Positions 7,784-16,828 of a DNA stretch of 25,255 nt are shown in pieces. Source of the stretch: a virus (lineage: Duplodnaviria > Caudoviricetes); the IMG/VR virus record IMGVR_UViG_3300048599_000874, positions 1 through 25,255 of that record; one strand, written 5' to 3'. Position 1 is the stretch's first letter. Every line of letters begins with the position of its first letter. Position numbers and translations under genes: made by a program. The notes under the pieces were generated by a model. That model was given only the letters and a program-made list of their open reading frames with translations. It did not search any database and was not told where the DNA came from.

Positions 7784-9322
7784 TTAATCGGATAGTACGA
7801 TCTGCGCGCCGTCCCAGGTGCAGGACTCGATAAAGATGGGATTGCCTCCGGCGGCTGTACCGCTGCCGCCGCCGCTGCCGGAAGACAGGCCGCCCAGGCG
7901 CAGCCACTGCCCGGCAGGCCATTGCGAGGGCAGCAGGGCGCGGCCGCCGGGGTCCACCAGCGCGCCGGATGGGGCCAGGGTGCAGGCGGCGGAAAGCAGC
8001 GCTGAAGCGGCGGGCTGAGGATAGACGCGCACGGTGCGGTCAGGCTCGACGCGCGCCAGCAGGCGCTGCCCGCCGGTAAGGCCCTGTGACAGCAGCCGTT
8101 CCACGGCCGCCTGGCCGCGCTGCGAACCGTCGGCGTAACAGGCGGCCTGGATGCCCGTGGCGCTCTCGACGCGCACACCGCTGAAGAACTGCCCCACCCC
8201 CGGCGAAGGGCTGAGCAGGCGCGCGAGCTGCGCGCCGGTCTCTTCGACCCCCAGCACGGTGAAGGTCAGCACGGCCTCCGGATCACGGGGAACCCAGGCG
8301 GAGCCATTCCACAGGCGCAGCATGCCCGGGTACTGGCGGCCTTCGTCACAGGAGAAGACGTAGTAATCGAGCGCGGAGACCGGCCCGCTGCGGGTGAGTG
8401 AGAGCCAGTAGGGAGTATTGGCCTGGAGCATGATCGGCGCGCTGAGCGGGAAGCGCACCCAGTCAATGCCGTCTTGCAGCGCGGCCGCGGACAGGCTGCT
8501 GCTGGCCAGCGCCGCCGCCGGAAGCCCGCCGCTGCTGGCGCACAGCTCCAGGCGCAGCGTATCCGTGGCGCGGAAACGGGCGGCCTTCAGCCACACTTCG
8601 GTGGCCGTCCAACCCTCCGCGCCAACGGTGAAGGACTGCACCAGGCGCGCATTGGCGGCCAGGGAGGCGAGCTGCACCTGGCTGCCGGAAGCCAGCGCGG
8701 CGATCCGGCCGCGCGGATCCACGTGGTACTTCCAGGAAAGCGTCTGCCACCAGCCGCGCGCTTCGAGCAGCGCATAGGGAGCGGAACAGACGCAAGATCT
8801 TGCGTCTCTACCAGAATCGGCGCGGTTCGTCAGTTGGGGCTGGGCGACGCGGGCGAGCTGCACGGCGCGCAGCGCCTCGGCGCTGGCGGCGGTGGCCTGG
8901 CCCAGGGCGTAGACCGCCTGCTTTTCGCCGTAGACTTTGACCGAATCGGGGTCGGCCAGGAAGGCGGTGCGGGTGATGGCTCCCCCCTCGGCCAGCGGAG
9001 AGAGGGCGCGGTAGGAAACGGCGACCTGGTTGGCCATGTCATCCAGAGAAACGCGGATGATGCGTGAGCCGATGTGCAGCTCCACGGCGGTGCAGCAGCC
9101 CCACCAGGCCGGGCCGCGCGCATCCAGCAGGGTGAGCGGACAGCGCAGCAGGTCCACCAGGGTCCACAGGCGGGCCGGGTCGGGGGCGGAGACGGAAAAC
9201 GCCGCGAAAGCCGGTCCGCCGACGGCGCGCCAGGTGAGTTGACGCACCGACCAGGCAAAGGGCGGCGGGACCAGGGGGCGGGAAAAGTCACGGGTGAGGA
9301 GACGCAGGGACCAGGGCATCAT
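7784..9322 (-). CDS. Putative tail-tip/hub (Tal-like) protein with inserted beta-sandwich (choice-of-anchor R-like) domain
   Basis: ATGA coupling to the upstream gene. DPDSVKVYGEKQ is hub-like. LVQSFTV...LRLELCASSGGLP...WVRFPLSAPIMLQANTPYWLSL is a beta-sandwich pattern seen in phage tail proteins. Confidence 0.55.
   Translation of the reverse strand: MMPWSLRLLTRDFSRPLVPPPFAWSVRQLTWRAVGGPAFAAFSVSAPDPARLWTLVDLLRCPLTLLDARGPAWWGCCTAVELHIGSRIIRVSLDDMANQVAVSYRALSPLAEGGAITRTAFLADPDSVKVYGEKQAVYALGQATAASAEALRAVQLARVAQPQLTNRADSGRDARSCVCSAPYALLEARGWWQTLSWKYHVDPRGRIAALASGSQVQLASLAANARLVQSFTVGAEGWTATEVWLKAARFRATDTLRLELCASSGGLPAAALASSSLSAAALQDGIDWVRFPLSAPIMLQANTPYWLSLTRSGPVSALDYYVFSCDEGRQYPGMLRLWNGSAWVPRDPEAVLTFTVLGVEETGAQLARLLSPSPGVGQFFSGVRVESATGIQAACYADGSQRGQAAVERLLSQGLTGGQRLLARVEPDRTVRVYPQPAASALLSAACTLAPSGALVDPGGRALLPSQWPAGQWLRLGGLSSGSGGGSGTAAGGNPIFIESCTWDGAQIVLSD
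8788..8811 (-). repeat. REP-like (GTAG-family) palindrome inserted in frame in the tail gene
   Basis: Minus strand GTAG-AGACGCAAGATCTTGCGTCT: GTAG tetramer plus a perfect 20-bp palindrome; translates as GRDARSCV. Confidence 0.7.
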
Positions 9323-10710
9323 AGGCACCGCCGGCGGGCGCGATAGAAGAACTCAACGCGCTGGGCGAGATCGATGGGCGCGGCCTTCTCGGCGCTGTCG
9401 TAGCGCTGGGCGAAGAACCAGAAGCGGTGATCCTGACCGGGATAGAGCCACAGGCCGGGGCCTTCGGCGGTGTGCGATTGGGTATAGTCGGCATAGGCGA
9501 AGAGCAGGCCGCGGCGGGGAATGTCGGTGAAGCCATTATCGGGGTCGTTGTTGAGCGGGGCATAGCTGCGCCAGCCGTCCAGCCCCATCAGGTACACGGA
9601 GTCGATCTTGAGGGTATGCGAGCCGGTGGTGGCCGCGCTGAGCGCCAGGGCCAGGCGCAGATCCGGCAGGGCCGGGCTGTTCTGCGGCACCACCCAGGGC
9701 GGCAGGGCCATCGCCGGGCCGGGGATGAGCTCTTGCAGCGTCTCGAAATACTGCGCGGGGGTCTCGGCTACCAGGCTTTCGACCCCGGCGCGCAGGGCGT
9801 AGAGCTTCCAGCGGTACCAGAACTTCTCGGCAGCGGGCAGGCCGTCCTGCAGGCGCAGAACGGGGCGCACCGCGCCGCCGCCGAAGGCGGAGACATCCGC
9901 GCCGGGCAGGGTGACGGCAAAGATCTCTTGATCGGCCGCGCCGGTGAAGAGCACATTCAGGTACGCGCCGTTGGCGCAGGTGGAGTCACTCACCACGGTC
10001 CCCACGGCGGAGCCGCGCGCGCTGCCGCTCTCGGCGGGGTAACAGGAGCTGAGCTGATCGGCGTTGGCGCGGGCGCACTCGCCGACCCAGAAGGCGACCG
10101 GGCGGGTGTTGGCGGCGACCAGGCCGACGGAGAGGTGCAGCGGGGCGGGCAGGTCGCCCAGCAGGGTGAGCGGCAGCCCGGCGCTGAGCTGGCGGGCGGG
10201 CAGGTTGACCTGGTTGGTGCGGCTGGCGTCGGCGGCGTTGGCCAGCACCAGCGGACCGGTGACGGGGGTGGCGCGGAGCGGGGTCTGGAACGGCACGGGG
10301 CGGTCGGAAGGCTCTTCCCAGTAGTCGGCGCGGGTGAGATGGATGCGCACGGGCTGCACGCCGGCGGCGCGCTGGTCCACGCCGGTGGGGCCGGGCAGCA
10401 GGCGCGCCTGCAGCAGCGGGCTTTGCCAGGGGTCGGCGCCGGGGGTGGGCATGGCCACCAGGTAGACGATATCGCTGCCAGGAATGGCCGCGCCAGGAAT
10501 GGCGGCGCGCTCCAGGGCCTGAGAGAGGTCGGTGAGGAAGGCCTGGATCTCGGCGGGCGACCCTTCGAGGACCAGGTCGATGTCTTCTTCGACGGTGGAG
10601 CCGTCGCCGGGTTGGGGCCGGTAGCGCAGAGCTTTGACCGGCGAGCCAGGCCCGGGGGTCAGACTGGGCAGGCTGGCCTGGCTTTCTGTGGTAAGAGAGA
10701 GAGAGATCAT
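9319..10710 (-). CDS. Putative distal tail (Dit-like) protein with inserted carbohydrate-binding-like domain
   Basis: RBS AAGGA before ATG 10710. VRIHLTRADYWE mid motif, GDLPAPLHL, and C-terminal VEFFYRARRRCL resemble Dit termini. Directly upstream of the Tal-like gene. Confidence 0.5.
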   Translation of the reverse strand: MISLSLTTESQASLPSLTPGPGSPVKALRYRPQPGDGSTVEEDIDLVLEGSPAEIQAFLTDLSQALERAAIPGAAIPGSDIVYLVAMPTPGADPWQSPLLQARLLPGPTGVDQRAAGVQPVRIHLTRADYWEEPSDRPVPFQTPLRATPVTGPLVLANAADASRTNQVNLPARQLSAGLPLTLLGDLPAPLHLSVGLVAANTRPVAFWVGECARANADQLSSCYPAESGSARGSAVGTVVSDSTCANGAYLNVLFTGAADQEIFAVTLPGADVSAFGGGAVRPVLRLQDGLPAAEKFWYRWKLYALRAGVESLVAETPAQYFETLQELIPGPAMALPPWVVPQNSPALPDLRLALALSAATTGSHTLKIDSVYLMGLDGWRSYAPLNNDPDNGFTDIPRRGLLFAYADYTQSHTAEGPGLWLYPGQDHRFWFFAQRYDSAEKAAPIDLAQRVEFFYRARRRCL

Positions 10711-10748
10711 GGCAATCCTTCCAATTAAAAAGATATTTAACATATATA

Positions 10749-10797
10749 TTGATTTTATATTATTTATTGTCTAGAATAAATGACGAACCTATTTTCT
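10749..10797 (+). promoter_or_regulatory. Sigma70-type promoter for the packaging operon with a LexA-box-like site
   Basis: TTGATT(10749-10754)-N17-TAGAAT(10772-10777). CGAACCTATTTTCT (10784-10797) is one mismatch from GAAC-N4-GTTC. Confidence 0.5.
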
Positions 10798-10818
10798 ACT
10801 ATTTTCCAAGTGGGCGTC

Positions 10819-11187
10819 ATGACAACAGCGACAACATCAGCCAAGAAACGTGGTGGGCAACCAGGAAACAAGAATGCTTTGAAACATGGGTTTTACTCGG
10901 AAGGTTTTAAACCCGATGAGGTTGATGATCTTTCAGCGCTCGAAGGGGTTGATCTTAGCGATGAAATTAAGATGCTGAGAGTCATCATGCGGCGAATGTT
11001 TGAACAAATCGGGGCAGAGAAATCCATTACTGATTGGGCTGAAGCGTTAAATGCTTTGGGTGCAGCATCGACCCGGCTGGCTGGTTTGTTACGTACCCAA
11101 AAGCTGATCGCTGGTAGTGGATCGGAAGTTACTGACGCCCTCAGTCAAGCGCTTCGGGAGGTCACAAGTGAAATCAGTAAGTCTTAG
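10819..11187 (+). CDS. Terminase small subunit-like protein
   Basis: KRGGQPGNKNALKHGFYS motif, common in TerS-like proteins; helical C-terminus; upstream of TerL. Confidence 0.75.
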   Translation: MTTATTSAKKRGGQPGNKNALKHGFYSEGFKPDEVDDLSALEGVDLSDEIKMLRVIMRRMFEQIGAEKSITDWAEALNALGAASTRLAGLLRTQKLIAGSGSEVTDALSQALREVTSEISKS

Positions 11188-11273
11188 CTTTGAGCATATT
11201 CCTTCGGGAATATTGCGGACGGCACTGCATCGGGCTGTAGCGGACCTAACAGAAGGTTTAGAGAGAGAGCGAT

Positions 11274-11570
11274 ATGGACAGTGCAGAGGTGAAGTTACTA
11301 ACAGAGCAGCTTGGTCGGATGGTGGACTCTATCAACGCCCGGCTAAACACAATCGAAGTCGAGTTGAAGCATCAACAAGAACTCGATACTGAAAAGATCA
11401 ACGCTATACGAAAAGACCTCACTGCTCTAAACAAAATTACTGATGACCACGAAACCAGGCTAAGAAGCGCGACGGATGGCGTTACTCAATTTAAAGTTTG
11501 GTCTGGTTTAGGTGGGTTCTCTTCCATTTTTTCCATCCTGAGTGTTGTTAAATCTTTGTTTATCCCCTGA
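11274..11570 (+). CDS. Coiled-coil protein with C-terminal TM helix (XhlA/holin-like)
   Basis: Heptad coiled coil ending DHETRLRS, then hydrophobic GLGGFSSIFSILSVVKSLFIP. Confidence 0.65.
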   Translation: MDSAEVKLLTEQLGRMVDSINARLNTIEVELKHQQELDTEKINAIRKDLTALNKITDDHETRLRSATDGVTQFKVWSGLGGFSSIFSILSVVKSLFIP

Positions 11571-11572
11571 AC

Positions 11573-13090
11573 ATGGCGACTCTTGTTGAACAGATAAAGG
11601 GACTGCTGCGGAATCCGATCCGGTTTGTTGACCGGTTGAGCGGTATTACTTTGCGCCACTACCAAGAAGAGGTCGTGCTGGCCATTATCGATTCAGTGGT
11701 CCATCGACAAGGCCGCTCGTTTGTCATCATGTTCCCGCGCCAATCGGGGAAAAATGAGCTTCAAGCACAACTAGAAGCTTATCTACTCACCCTTTTATCT
11801 CAGGGAGATGCTGAGATTATCAAGGTATCTCCTACCTGGAAACCGCAAAGCCTCAACGCCATGCGACGACTTGAACGGGTACTCGTCAATAACGTACTGA
11901 CCCGGACTCTTTGGAAGAAAGAGCGGGGATATATCTATCGAGTCGGGTCTGCACGGGTCTTTTTCCTCAGCGGCGCGCCAGAAGCAAATATTGTCGGCGC
12001 TACTGCTTCCACATTATTGGAAGTCGATGAAGCTCAAGATGTGTTGATTTCAAAATTCGATAAAGATATTGCGCCAATGGCGGCCAGCACCAACGCCACG
12101 CGAGTCTTCTGGGGCACCGCCTGGACCAGCCGAACATTGCTGGCCAGGGAATTGCGGGCGGCTAAAGAAGCGGAAAAGAGGGATGGAATGAGACGAGTTT
12201 TCGTTCTAACCGCTGATGATATCGCCAGGGAAGTTCCAGATTATGGAAAATTCGTCGCCGAACAGGTGGCCAAGTTGGGGCGCAATAATCCCATGGTGAA
12301 AACTCAGTTCTTCAGCGAAGAAATCGACGCTGAAGGCGGTATGTTCCCGGCTGAACGCATAGCGCTGATGCGTGGGAACCATCCACGGCAGACAGGACCG
12401 GCGGCCGGGCACGTGTACGCGCTGCTGGTAGATGTGGCCGGGGAGGATGAGGCAGCCAGCGACGCGGCCGACGCCGGCGAGTTGGTCAACCCAGGGCGCG
12501 ACTCGACCGCACTGACGGTAATCGATGTGGACCTCTCCACACTGAGCGATGCCGGCCTGCAAAAGCCGACCTACCGGGCGGTACTGCGGCGCACGTGGAT
12601 CGGGGTCAAACAGAGTCGGTTGTACGCGGAGATCCGCGCGCTGGCAGACTGCTGGGGGGCGCGATACCTGGTGATCGATGCAACCGGCGTCGGCGCGGGC
12701 CTGGCGTCGTTCCTGGAGCGGAGTCTGCCGAACAAGGTAATTCCGTTTGTATTCAACCAGTCTACCAAATCTAAACTTGGTTGGGATTTTCTGGCTGTGA
12801 TCGATAGCGGGCGGTGGAAAGAGTATGCCGATGTGGACGCGGGGCAGGATGTTTTCTTCGAGCAACTGTCTTTTGTTCAATACGAGGTTATCCCAGGCCC
12901 GGCGAAATTGATGCGCTGGAGCGTGCCAGATGGCACGCGCAACCCGGCGACCGGTGAGCTGGTGCATGATGACCTGGTGCTGAGTGCGGCGCTGTCTGGT
13001 GTGTTGGATGATCAGGATTGGGCGGTCACCGGCCCAGCCGTGGTAATCCGGAGGATTGATCCCCTAAATGAAATGGATCAGGGGTTTTAG
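11573..13090 (+). CDS. Terminase large subunit
   Basis: LRHYQ Q-motif, Walker A PRQSGKNE, Walker B LLEVDEAQD, coupling motif GTA, nuclease acidic residues VDVAG, IDATGVG, HDDLV. Confidence 0.92.
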   Translation: MATLVEQIKGLLRNPIRFVDRLSGITLRHYQEEVVLAIIDSVVHRQGRSFVIMFPRQSGKNELQAQLEAYLLTLLSQGDAEIIKVSPTWKPQSLNAMRRLERVLVNNVLTRTLWKKERGYIYRVGSARVFFLSGAPEANIVGATASTLLEVDEAQDVLISKFDKDIAPMAASTNATRVFWGTAWTSRTLLARELRAAKEAEKRDGMRRVFVLTADDIAREVPDYGKFVAEQVAKLGRNNPMVKTQFFSEEIDAEGGMFPAERIALMRGNHPRQTGPAAGHVYALLVDVAGEDEAASDAADAGELVNPGRDSTALTVIDVDLSTLSDAGLQKPTYRAVLRRTWIGVKQSRLYAEIRALADCWGARYLVIDATGVGAGLASFLERSLPNKVIPFVFNQSTKSKLGWDFLAVIDSGRWKEYADVDAGQDVFFEQLSFVQYEVIPGPAKLMRWSVPDGTRNPATGELVHDDLVLSAALSGVLDDQDWAVTGPAVVIRRIDPLNEMDQGF

Positions 13091-13098
13091 CCTTGAAG

Positions 13099-15315
13099 AT
13101 GAAAAAATGGATATTGAGTATGGCGGATCACTGCCCGAGCTGCAAGGCGGCCAATGGGCAAATTCATCCGATGAGTGTATGGACAGCGGCGGGGATTTTC
13201 CCAAAATCCTTCAAGCTGTATTGCAGGGATTCCTGTAAATGTGTTCTTGTAGACGTTGAAACTGATCAGGAGGTGGGCAGTTTGGCAGATATTCCTATTC
13301 GAACCCAAGAGTCAATTGGTGACGACCAGGTCTCCGGATCCGGATTAATGAGTCACCAAATCAAGCTGGCCATGGATGGCCAGGTCAACTCAAACGGCGA
13401 GTTTGAGATTATGGCAATCACCGCCGGAGATGGCAACGGCTGGACGTTTGGCGCTCAGACCCTGCAGGACAGCCTGACGCTGTGGGATGGAGCGGAGTGT
13501 TTTGTAGATCACGCCTGGTATTCACGCTCCGTGCGGGACCTGGCCGGTGTTCTCCACAGTCCAAAATGGGATGCTGAGAAGCAGGGGATCCAATGTCAAT
13601 TAAAGACCATTGGCCCCAGCGGACCCTTACTGGCTGAACTGGGCCGCCAGATGCTGGCCGATGGCGCTCATCCGCGCGTGGGCTTTTCGGCGGATGTGGT
13701 CTTTACCGCACTGAGCCGCCAGGTGCAAAAAATTTTGCGGGTCAACGCGGTGGACCTGGTTTTCAACCCCGCGCGGGGCGGCGCTTTTCTCCGCGCGCTG
13801 AATAGTTTGCAAGATCAAGGAGTGTATCTGATGGGAGAAGAAGATAAGAAGGGGACCGAAACAGTCCAGACGCAAACCACAAACCAGAGCGCCGCTTCCC
13901 CGGCGCTGCAGGCGCAGCTCAATGAAGATGCCGCGGCTGTGCGCACGCTGTTGAATGTGCAGCAGGAACAGGCCGCGCTGGCGCAGCAGGCGGAAGCGGC
14001 GCGCCAGGTGCGGGCGCAGATGTGCGGCTATCTGCTGGACAGCGGCCTGGCCGCCGCCCGCCTGCCCGCGCCGGTGACTGAGCGCATCCGCAAGCAGTTC
14101 ACCGGGCAGGTCTTTGAACCCGCGCAGCTCACCCAGGCGATTGACGACGCCCGCGCCCTGCTGGCCGAACTGACCGGCCCGGGCCTGATCCAGGGGCCGG
14201 GACGCATCCAGGGCATGTTCTCCAGCGAAGACCAGTTCAGCGCGGCCGTCTTTGACCTGCTGGGCGCGGAGCGGCCCCAGGACCTGGCCGCCCTGAAAAC
14301 CGCCAAACTGAGCGGCATCCGCGAGCTGTACACGCTGATGACCGGGGACTGTGACTTCGTGGGCGGCTATCACCCCACCCGGGCGCAGTTCGCCAGCACC
14401 GGCGACCTGCCGGCCGTGCTGAAGAACGCCATGAACAAACTGATCGTGCAGGAATGGCAGGAGCTGGGGCGCAGCGGCTACCGCTGGTGGGAACCCATCG
14501 TTTCGGTGGAGCACTTCAACAACTTGCAGCAGATCACCGGCGTGCTGGTGGGCGAAGTGGCGCCGCTGCCTTCGGTGGCGGAAGGCGCGGCCTACGCGGC
14601 GCTGAGCGTGAACGACTCGGCCGAGGTGGGCGCGTGGAACAAGTACGGCGGCTACATCGGGCTGACCCTGGAGATGTTTGAACGGGATGAGACCCACCGC
14701 CTGCGCCAGTATCCCAAGAAGCTGGCCAGCGCCGGGCTGCGGCGCGTCTCGGCGCTGGTGGGATCGGTGTTCACCAGCGGGTCGGGGGTGGGGCCGACCA
14801 TGGCCGACGCCTCGGCGGTCTTCGCCGCCGGACACAACAACCTGGGCACGGCGGCGCTGTCTTCGGCCAGTTGGGAAGCGGCCAGCGCGGCGATTTACAA
14901 CCAGTCGCTGCTGATGGCCGGAGCCGGGGCAGCGCCCAAGCTGGCGCTGGATGCGAAGTATGCCCTGGTGCCGCGCAGCCTGCGCCTGGCGGCCATGCAG
15001 ATCCTGTATCCCAACATGGAGCACAGCGCCAACATCTTCAGCGAGAACATGCAGAAGGGCCAGATGGGCGACGTGATCACCTGCCCGGAGATGAGCGACG
15101 CCAACGACTGGGCGGCGGTGGCCGACCCGCGCCTGGCCCCTGGGATCATCATTGGGGAGCGCTTTGGGCTGCTGCCGGAGATCATCATCGCCGACGGCGC
15201 GCAGAACGGGGCGCTGTTCACCAACGATGAGATCCGCATGAAGGCGCGCCACTGGCTGGCCGTGTTCGTGGCCGATTACCGCCCGCTGTATAAATCCAAC
15301 GTGGCCAATTCGTAA
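13099..15315 (+). CDS. Fused head protein: MuF/gp7-like Cys motif + prohead protease + scaffold + Mu gpT-like major capsid protein
   Basis: N-terminal CPSC..NGQIH...P....C...CKC; protease motifs FVDH, VGFSAD, VDLVFNPARGG; helical Ala/Gln scaffold; capsid STGDLPAVLKNAMNK, LPSVAEGAAY, KYGGYIGLTLEM, HNNLGT, DYRPLYKS. Confidence 0.85.
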   Translation: MKKWILSMADHCPSCKAANGQIHPMSVWTAAGIFPKSFKLYCRDSCKCVLVDVETDQEVGSLADIPIRTQESIGDDQVSGSGLMSHQIKLAMDGQVNSNGEFEIMAITAGDGNGWTFGAQTLQDSLTLWDGAECFVDHAWYSRSVRDLAGVLHSPKWDAEKQGIQCQLKTIGPSGPLLAELGRQMLADGAHPRVGFSADVVFTALSRQVQKILRVNAVDLVFNPARGGAFLRALNSLQDQGVYLMGEEDKKGTETVQTQTTNQSAASPALQAQLNEDAAAVRTLLNVQQEQAALAQQAEAARQVRAQMCGYLLDSGLAAARLPAPVTERIRKQFTGQVFEPAQLTQAIDDARALLAELTGPGLIQGPGRIQGMFSSEDQFSAAVFDLLGAERPQDLAALKTAKLSGIRELYTLMTGDCDFVGGYHPTRAQFASTGDLPAVLKNAMNKLIVQEWQELGRSGYRWWEPIVSVEHFNNLQQITGVLVGEVAPLPSVAEGAAYAALSVNDSAEVGAWNKYGGYIGLTLEMFERDETHRLRQYPKKLASAGLRRVSALVGSVFTSGSGVGPTMADASAVFAAGHNNLGTAALSSASWEAASAAIYNQSLLMAGAGAAPKLALDAKYALVPRSLRLAAMQILYPNMEHSANIFSENMQKGQMGDVITCPEMSDANDWAAVADPRLAPGIIIGERFGLLPEIIIADGAQNGALFTNDEIRMKARHWLAVFVADYRPLYKSNVANS

Positions 15316-15321
15316 TTTACC

Positions 15322-15345
15322 AGGCGCACGGCATGCCGTGCGCCT
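15322..15345. repeat. Perfect 24-bp palindrome after the capsid gene, REP-like
   Basis: AGGCGCACGGCATGCCGTGCGCCT, no T-tail; resembles GTAG-family REP cores. Confidence 0.55.
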
Positions 15346-15377
15346 TCCGGAAACCATAACAAAGGATTCCCATCTAT

Positions 15378-15635
15378 ATGAGTGAAACACCGGTTGAATA
15401 CAAAGTACAGGAAGAGCCTGGCACGACTCTGCCGAAGTGGCAGATGCTGCTGGGCTCGCGTAAGTTCTGGGCCGCGCTGATCGGCCTGGCGCTGGTGATC
15501 ATCAAGGCCTTCCGGCCGGACTTCCCCATCCAGGAAGAGCAGCTCACCAATCTGATCTATGTGCTGGTGGCCTATATCCTGGGCGTGGCGCTGGAGGATG
15601 GCCTGACGGCCAAGAATACCCATGCTGGAGCATGA
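15378..15635 (+). CDS. Putative holin
   Basis: SRKFWAALIGLALVII and LIYVLVAYILGVALED give two TM helices; RBS AAGGA; upstream of the lysin. Confidence 0.75.
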   Translation: MSETPVEYKVQEEPGTTLPKWQMLLGSRKFWAALIGLALVIIKAFRPDFPIQEEQLTNLIYVLVAYILGVALEDGLTAKNTHAGA

Positions 15636-15837
15636 AGGCGATATCCCCGTCATCCAACCAGGCATATATCCGCCGGAGCTGCTGGACGCGTGCAAGGTCT
15701 GGCAGACCGCGCCGGAGTCGCTGCTGGCCTGGGCGGTGACGGATCGGGATGTGCAGCTTGTGCTGGGCAGCGGGCAAAAGGTCCGGGTACACCTGGCAGG
15801 TCCATGGAGTGAGAAAGCCAGGCGTAAAAAAGATTAG
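15622..15837 (+). CDS. Hypothetical protein (71 aa)
   Basis: Overlaps the holin end; typical codon usage; followed by a hairpin. Confidence 0.55.
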   Translation: MLEHEGDIPVIQPGIYPPELLDACKVWQTAPESLLAWAVTDRDVQLVLGSGQKVRVHLAGPWSEKARRKKD

Positions 15838-15841
15838 TTCT

Positions 15842-15867
15842 AAGGGCCGCCTGGTTGGGCGGCCCTT
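15842..15867 (+). terminator. GC-rich hairpin after the 71-aa ORF
   Basis: AAGGGCCGCC/GGCGGCCCTT 10-bp stem; weak T-tail. Confidence 0.5.
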
Positions 15868-15922
15868 CCTGGTGACACAAGTCACCCATCGAAGCTTTGG
15901 CCATGATCCAAAAGGCGGAACA

Positions 15923-16828
15923 ATGAGCGTGCAAATTGGAAAAAGTCTTTTCATATGGCAAATTGAAGCGATCTATCAGGGCGACGTGCAACAAATCGCG
16001 GCCGCAGTCGCCGCAGCCGGGTTTGAGAGTGTGCAGGTCCATAACACGAACCTGACCGGCTGGGGAACCGCGCAGCGCCTGGCATTAGTCAAGGCCGTGC
16101 AGGCGGAAGGCGTGGAGGTATGGGGGTCGGCGGCGGTCTATGGGACAAAGCCCGAAGAAGAAGGCAAACAGGCCGCCGCGCTGGTGGAGGATCTGGGGCT
16201 GGACGGTTTTCTTTTCGACGCGGAAAGCGACTTCGACCGCCGCCCGCAGGCTGACAGCAACGCGGTCAAGCTGCTGCAAAGCTACAAAGGGTTGACAAAA
16301 CAACCGGCCGGTTGGTGCTGGTGGCCGCTGCACCACGCGCGCAGCAACAAAAACCAGTTGCTGCACCCCAAGGGGGTATTATGGGCGGCGATGGCCCCCC
16401 GGTATGGCGACGCCGATGTGGGGCTGCCGATGTGCTACTGGAGTTGGGGCAATACCTATACCAACGCGGTGGACTATCTTGTGGAGAGCTGGGGACAATG
16501 GCGAGAGATAACCGACAAACCACTGGCCCCGATTGGGCGGGCGTATATCGGCAATGGGGGGACGCCCAACCCGTCGGCAGTCAAAGCCTTTGGCGCTCGC
16601 GCGCGGGCGCTGGGCGCGGTGGGGGTGAGCTGGTGGAGCATGCAGCACGCGCTGGACGTGGATCACCTGCCGGAGCTGTGGCCCGCACTGAGCAAGCTGG
16701 AGCGATTCGGGGCGGCTGCTCCCGTGGAGCCAGCGCCTGCGCCGGTGGACTGGTACGCGGCCATCGATGCCTGGGCGCGCGAACGCGGTTACGCTGGTCC
16801 GGCTGCGCCGGTTGGTGACAGAATTTAG
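15923..16828 (+). CDS. Putative endolysin (TIM-barrel glycoside hydrolase, DxE motif)
   Basis: GKSLFIWQI start, GLDGFLFDAE, LPMCYW, GVSWWS; Pro/Ala linker and short C-terminal domain; downstream of the holin. Confidence 0.65.
   Translation: MSVQIGKSLFIWQIEAIYQGDVQQIAAAVAAAGFESVQVHNTNLTGWGTAQRLALVKAVQAEGVEVWGSAAVYGTKPEEEGKQAAALVEDLGLDGFLFDAESDFDRRPQADSNAVKLLQSYKGLTKQPAGWCWWPLHHARSNKNQLLHPKGVLWAAMAPRYGDADVGLPMCYWSWGNTYTNAVDYLVESWGQWREITDKPLAPIGRAYIGNGGTPNPSAVKAFGARARALGAVGVSWWSMQHALDVDHLPELWPALSKLERFGAAAPVEPAPAPVDWYAAIDAWARERGYAGPAAPVGDRI

Noticed and set aside
13627-15390. 587-aa antisense ORF (similarly 9427-10728, 16379-17494, 12206-12967)
   Set aside because: Shadow frames opposite GC-rich genes that have clear motifs; no RBS or recognisable domains.
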